From Patescibacteria group bacterium (GTDB lineage: Bacteria > Patescibacteriota > Minisyncoccia > Phycocordibacterales > PALSA-1337): a DNA stretch of 64,000 nucleotides. Made by a program: the position numbers and the translations under genes. The stretch spans positions 8,079-72,078 of the forward strand of contig JBBTRA010000005.1 of the NCBI GenBank assembly GCA_038065415.1, read 5' to 3'. Positions within the stretch are counted from its first letter, which is position 1. Each line of letters begins with the position of its first letter. The notes beneath the pieces were generated by a model. The model saw nothing but the letters and a program-made list of their open reading frames with translations, ran no database searches and had not been told where the DNA came from. Positions 63,709-64,000 of this stretch are shown here, piece after piece.

Positions 63709-64000
63709 CTAACGGGTGATCATGCGTGTATTTCCGCCCGCTGCGCCTCCGCGATTTCCACCGATGCTGCTCAGGATATTCGGTGTCGTTGCGGTGCTTG
63801 CACTGCCTGCCGCAATAGTGCGGGTTACGACTAGTTGTCCAATTTCGAGTCCACTCAAAATCTCTATGCCTGTATCGTCACTTTCGCCTATGGTCACTGT
63901 GACTTGGGTTGGCGGCGTCGCTGAGGTTATAGTCATCGACCGTCCTGTCATGGGAGTTCCATCAAATTGTCGGGTGCTACTCGAGATGGTTCCTGGTAGC
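63709..64000 (-). CDS. Efflux-system periplasmic adaptor (MacA/HlyD-family), C-terminal part; gene continues beyond the window
   Basis: The frame is open to the window edge, with no stop between 63952 and 64000. The C-terminal beta-domain is 'VTVTIGESDDTGIEILSGLEIGQLVV'. It heads the macAB-like operon. Confidence 0.55.
   Translation of the reverse strand, partial: LPGTISSSTRQFDGTPMTGRSMTITSATPPTQVTVTIGESDDTGIEILSGLEIGQLVVTRTIAAGSASTATTPNILSSIGGNRGGAAGGNTRMITR

Noticed and set aside
1-64000. CRISPR arrays, rRNA genes, integrases or transposases
   Set aside because: A scan for regularly spaced direct repeats found none. No DDE or tyrosine-recombinase signatures are present; the tRNA-adjacent island lacks an integrase. 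No rRNA-like segments were seen.

Overview
High-density chromosomal window (about 50% GC overall) from an uncultivated, CPR/Patescibacteria-like bacterium; the taxonomy is inferred, not demonstrated. It holds roughly 70 genes and is divided below into seven blocks. All protein-family calls rest on motifs read by eye; no database search was run.

1. Surface-protein super-locus (1-11947). A glycosyltransferase-like gene, a class-A beta-lactamase-fold gene, a SAM-methyltransferase and a membrane-anchored hypothetical lie upstream of very Ser/Thr/Gly-rich secreted proteins. Two of these proteins share a paralogous C-terminal domain (WxL-like or SCPU-like?). They are followed by a DUF916-like protein with a C-terminal membrane anchor, then a fibronectin-III/dockerin protein and two cohesin-domain proteins that are membrane-anchored at the C-terminus. 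A third cohesin paralog sits at 25086-26393.

2. Housekeeping genes. These include pyrG, a DMT transporter, a pnuC-nadR NAD-salvage pair, dienelactone hydrolase, a TrhO-like rhodanese, an SGNH hydrolase, zur plus a ZIP transporter, NDH-2, an ABC-F ATPase and an HD-domain (p)ppGpp-hydrolase-like protein.

3. tRNA-Gln island. tRNA-Gln(CTG) at 15502-15570 is followed by an AT-rich (about 35% GC) island at roughly 15600-19450. The island encodes a coiled-coil membrane protein, two small polytopic membrane proteins and an AlbA_2/Schlafen-like protein. This is a candidate horizontally acquired (defense?) island with no integrase.

4. Mixed block 34900-44500. It contains a divergent adenosylhomocysteinase-like protein, an RGG/CxxC-x17-CxxC zinc-ribbon protein, an EVE-domain protein, HD, GIY-YIG and IMPase genes, a Lig1-type ATP-dependent DNA ligase with an unusual KxNG motif I, and a YgjP-like peptidase.

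5. GC-rich segment 46000-50500. A Pif1-like helicase lies beside two large hypothetical proteins.

6. Desaturase / DEAD-box helicase divergon. A fatty-acid-hydroxylase/desaturase gene and a DEAD-box RNA helicase gene (with an RGG-rich N-terminus) are divergently transcribed. Between them sits a perfect 36-bp inverted repeat.

7. 3' end of the window. An S-box (SAM-I) riboswitch with a Shine-Dalgarno-sequestering hairpin precedes a Cys/Met-family PLP enzyme. Then come a VIT-family protein and a MacAB-type ABC efflux system, which runs off the window edge.

Regulatory signals. Canonical TTGACA-17/18-TATAAT promoters are easy to see, and two of them are near-identical. Several appear leaderless. 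Multiple rho-independent terminators are recognisable.

No CRISPR array, rRNA, integrase or transposase was found.
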